Positions 62,119 through 64,000 of a stretch of DNA of 64,000 bases are shown here, piece after piece; positions within the stretch are counted from its first letter, which is position 1, and each line of letters starts with the position of its first letter. The translations under genes and the position numbers were made by a program. This DNA comes from Macrostomum lignano (lineage: Eukaryota): NCBI GenBank assembly GCA_002269645.1, contig NIVC01000478.1, forward strand, positions 1 through 64,000, given 5' to 3'. Below the pieces are notes generated by a model. That model made no database searches. It was not told where the DNA came from and saw only the letters and a program-made list of their open reading frames with translations.

Positions 62119-64000
62119 CTACTATAATGCCACTAAAATAAACTTTAAAACAAAATCGAGTCCTCAATAAACTGCTTTATCTACCATATCCATCCTTAAA
62201 TTTGATTAGCTCAAGGACCAAGATTCTCCAATATTAGTTTCTTCAATTTTTTTCCGCGCTAAAAATGAAGTTGACAGAAGATCGCAGCTTTGAACAGTTT
62301 CGCTTTTGCGGAATCTTTTGTGATGACTTTTTGATGCTGAGTATACATAATCTGCACTGTTAAATCTGTTGGCCTGTTGAAACAGATTAAGTTTTCTACT
62401 ATTGTTTTAATCTTAATATTCAAGTTTCAAAGTTTGCTGTTCCTTGACTGATTATAGGATTTACAGTAATATTTTGCAGAGCTGTTTTTGGTTGAAACAA
62501 ATGAAACTAAATAGCGACAAAATGGTTCCAACAAGTCTAAACATTTTTTGTTGTTACTGTACGAGTAACAGTTCGGTTCTTCTCACGTAAATAAATACTT
62601 GGGATTCGAGCGATAACCAAAGAGTGACACATGGCTTCCAGTTCCCGTGCTCGCGGACGTAATAATACATAAGCGGCCAAGAAAATCATCCACAACCGTG
62701 GAAAATCGGTCAAATCGATCGCCTCAGTTGACAAGTTATACGCCTGATAGCGACACAGCCACTGAACCGAACCGAATCGACGCTAAGCGGGTCCGACTAT
62801 GCCGAGGCTTGTGCGACGGCTGACATTTCGGCGCAACGGCTTATGAATATCTGGTGGGAGTCGAATAACAAAATAGCTGAAAACGCATCCCACGTCCATC
62901 GCCGTAATCAAATGCACACGGCCATTCGAGGAACGCTGGCCAAACTGATGCACGCCCGGACGTTCTGAACGTCAGTCTAGAAACAATTGGTTGATCCGAC
63001 CTAATCAAGTTTGTCGACGACGATCTGAAAGAAATGACGATGCGTACAGTTTCTGCGCGACAAGATTGCAGGCGTTAAAGTATGCCAGTTGCGGAACATT
63101 TTAGCCGCAGTCAATTGACTTTATTAAAAACACAGTCAGTGCAATTCCTGCAATCAAAACCCTGCAATTTTAATTGTCTCAACCGCCTAGCCCGTGTGTT
63201 AGCAGACGCGCCCAACGATGTAGCTGGTACAGCAGTGTTGTCTTATGCTCTGTAGCACGAGCTGCTCTCTATACCATCAGAAGATCGGTATATTTAAGAT
63301 TGATACTGCATTGCACCTGAATCCTGTTCATTCTGATTGACTATAGCTCTACCAACTAAACGGGGACCAGCGGCAACAGGCTTACAGCTCGCACAACGCT
63401 GCTCTTGACCGCCGACGAGATGAAGACCATACAGGCCAGATTATGTCAGCTTATCCACATGATAGATCTGTATTCGGGCATGGTCGGAATTACCAATTGT
63501 CGGGCCCTGCATTGTCAGTCGTTGGTCTGGCTGTCAACGAGAGTCGACTGCAGCTCCGCTTGGGACGTGGCGATATTTCAGAATGCGCGCCACTCAGCCG
63601 AGAGCTAGCATTCTTTGGCACGGCTATTTTGCATAGTAATCGCGCCTCTTGCCATGGATCTATTAGGATATGCAAATTCCTAAAGCCTGCTCTAGTGGAT
63701 CTCGGCGTCACAGTGTCCGACAATCAGTGCCTCCTATTTCCGACAGCCCCGCGGGTGTACCTCGTCCTACCGGTGACTACGAGTACTCTCGGCTTGTGAA
63801 AGAAGGAGCCGTGAGAGGCATCGGAAGATACCTATCGAGCATGAGACGACGGAAGCGCAATCAATTGTGAGAGTATGCACGACTTCACCCTGACAAGATT
63901 AATCAGGTGACGCCGGTGTATGACACGTTGAAACAGGTTGTCACGATCGATATTACGCCGCTACTGCCACTGATGCTGAGAGAAATTTCGCGTTGTGAAA

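Overview
Eukaryotic (invertebrate animal) genomic DNA. Intron-poor genes, acceptor-like AGs just before start codons and minisatellite-filled introns are most reminiscent of a free-living flatworm; this taxonomy is inference only. Layout: (i) 0.5-12.5 kb, three minus-strand secreted/cell-surface genes (FN3 protein, 3x C-type-lectin + mucin-stalk receptor, WSC protein). (ii) 15.5-28 kb, a co-oriented housekeeping trio UPRT-STX5-AP1M1. (iii) ~31.6-55.9 kb, an AT-rich, CpG-poor, TpA-rich transposon graveyard (hAT and mariner non-autonomous elements with intact TSDs, gypsy integrase, mariner transposase and RPA70-like remnants) with BTF3 as an island. (iv) 55.9-58.3 kb, SNRPE-GNPDA. (v) 59.8-64 kb, a frameshifted C-type lectin, a solo-LTR-like element and unidentified coding-like DNA. 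About 20 unrelated tandem repeats are interspersed. Best leads: an LTR whose U5 end carries three repeated att + tRNA-Leu-PBS junctions with variable spacers; a RIP-like CpA/TpG->TpA decay signature in old repeats; inverted minisatellites bracketing GNPDA exon 1; and an operon/trans-splicing signature. Exon boundaries were worked out by hand from splice sites and remembered homologue sequences; no database search was run.
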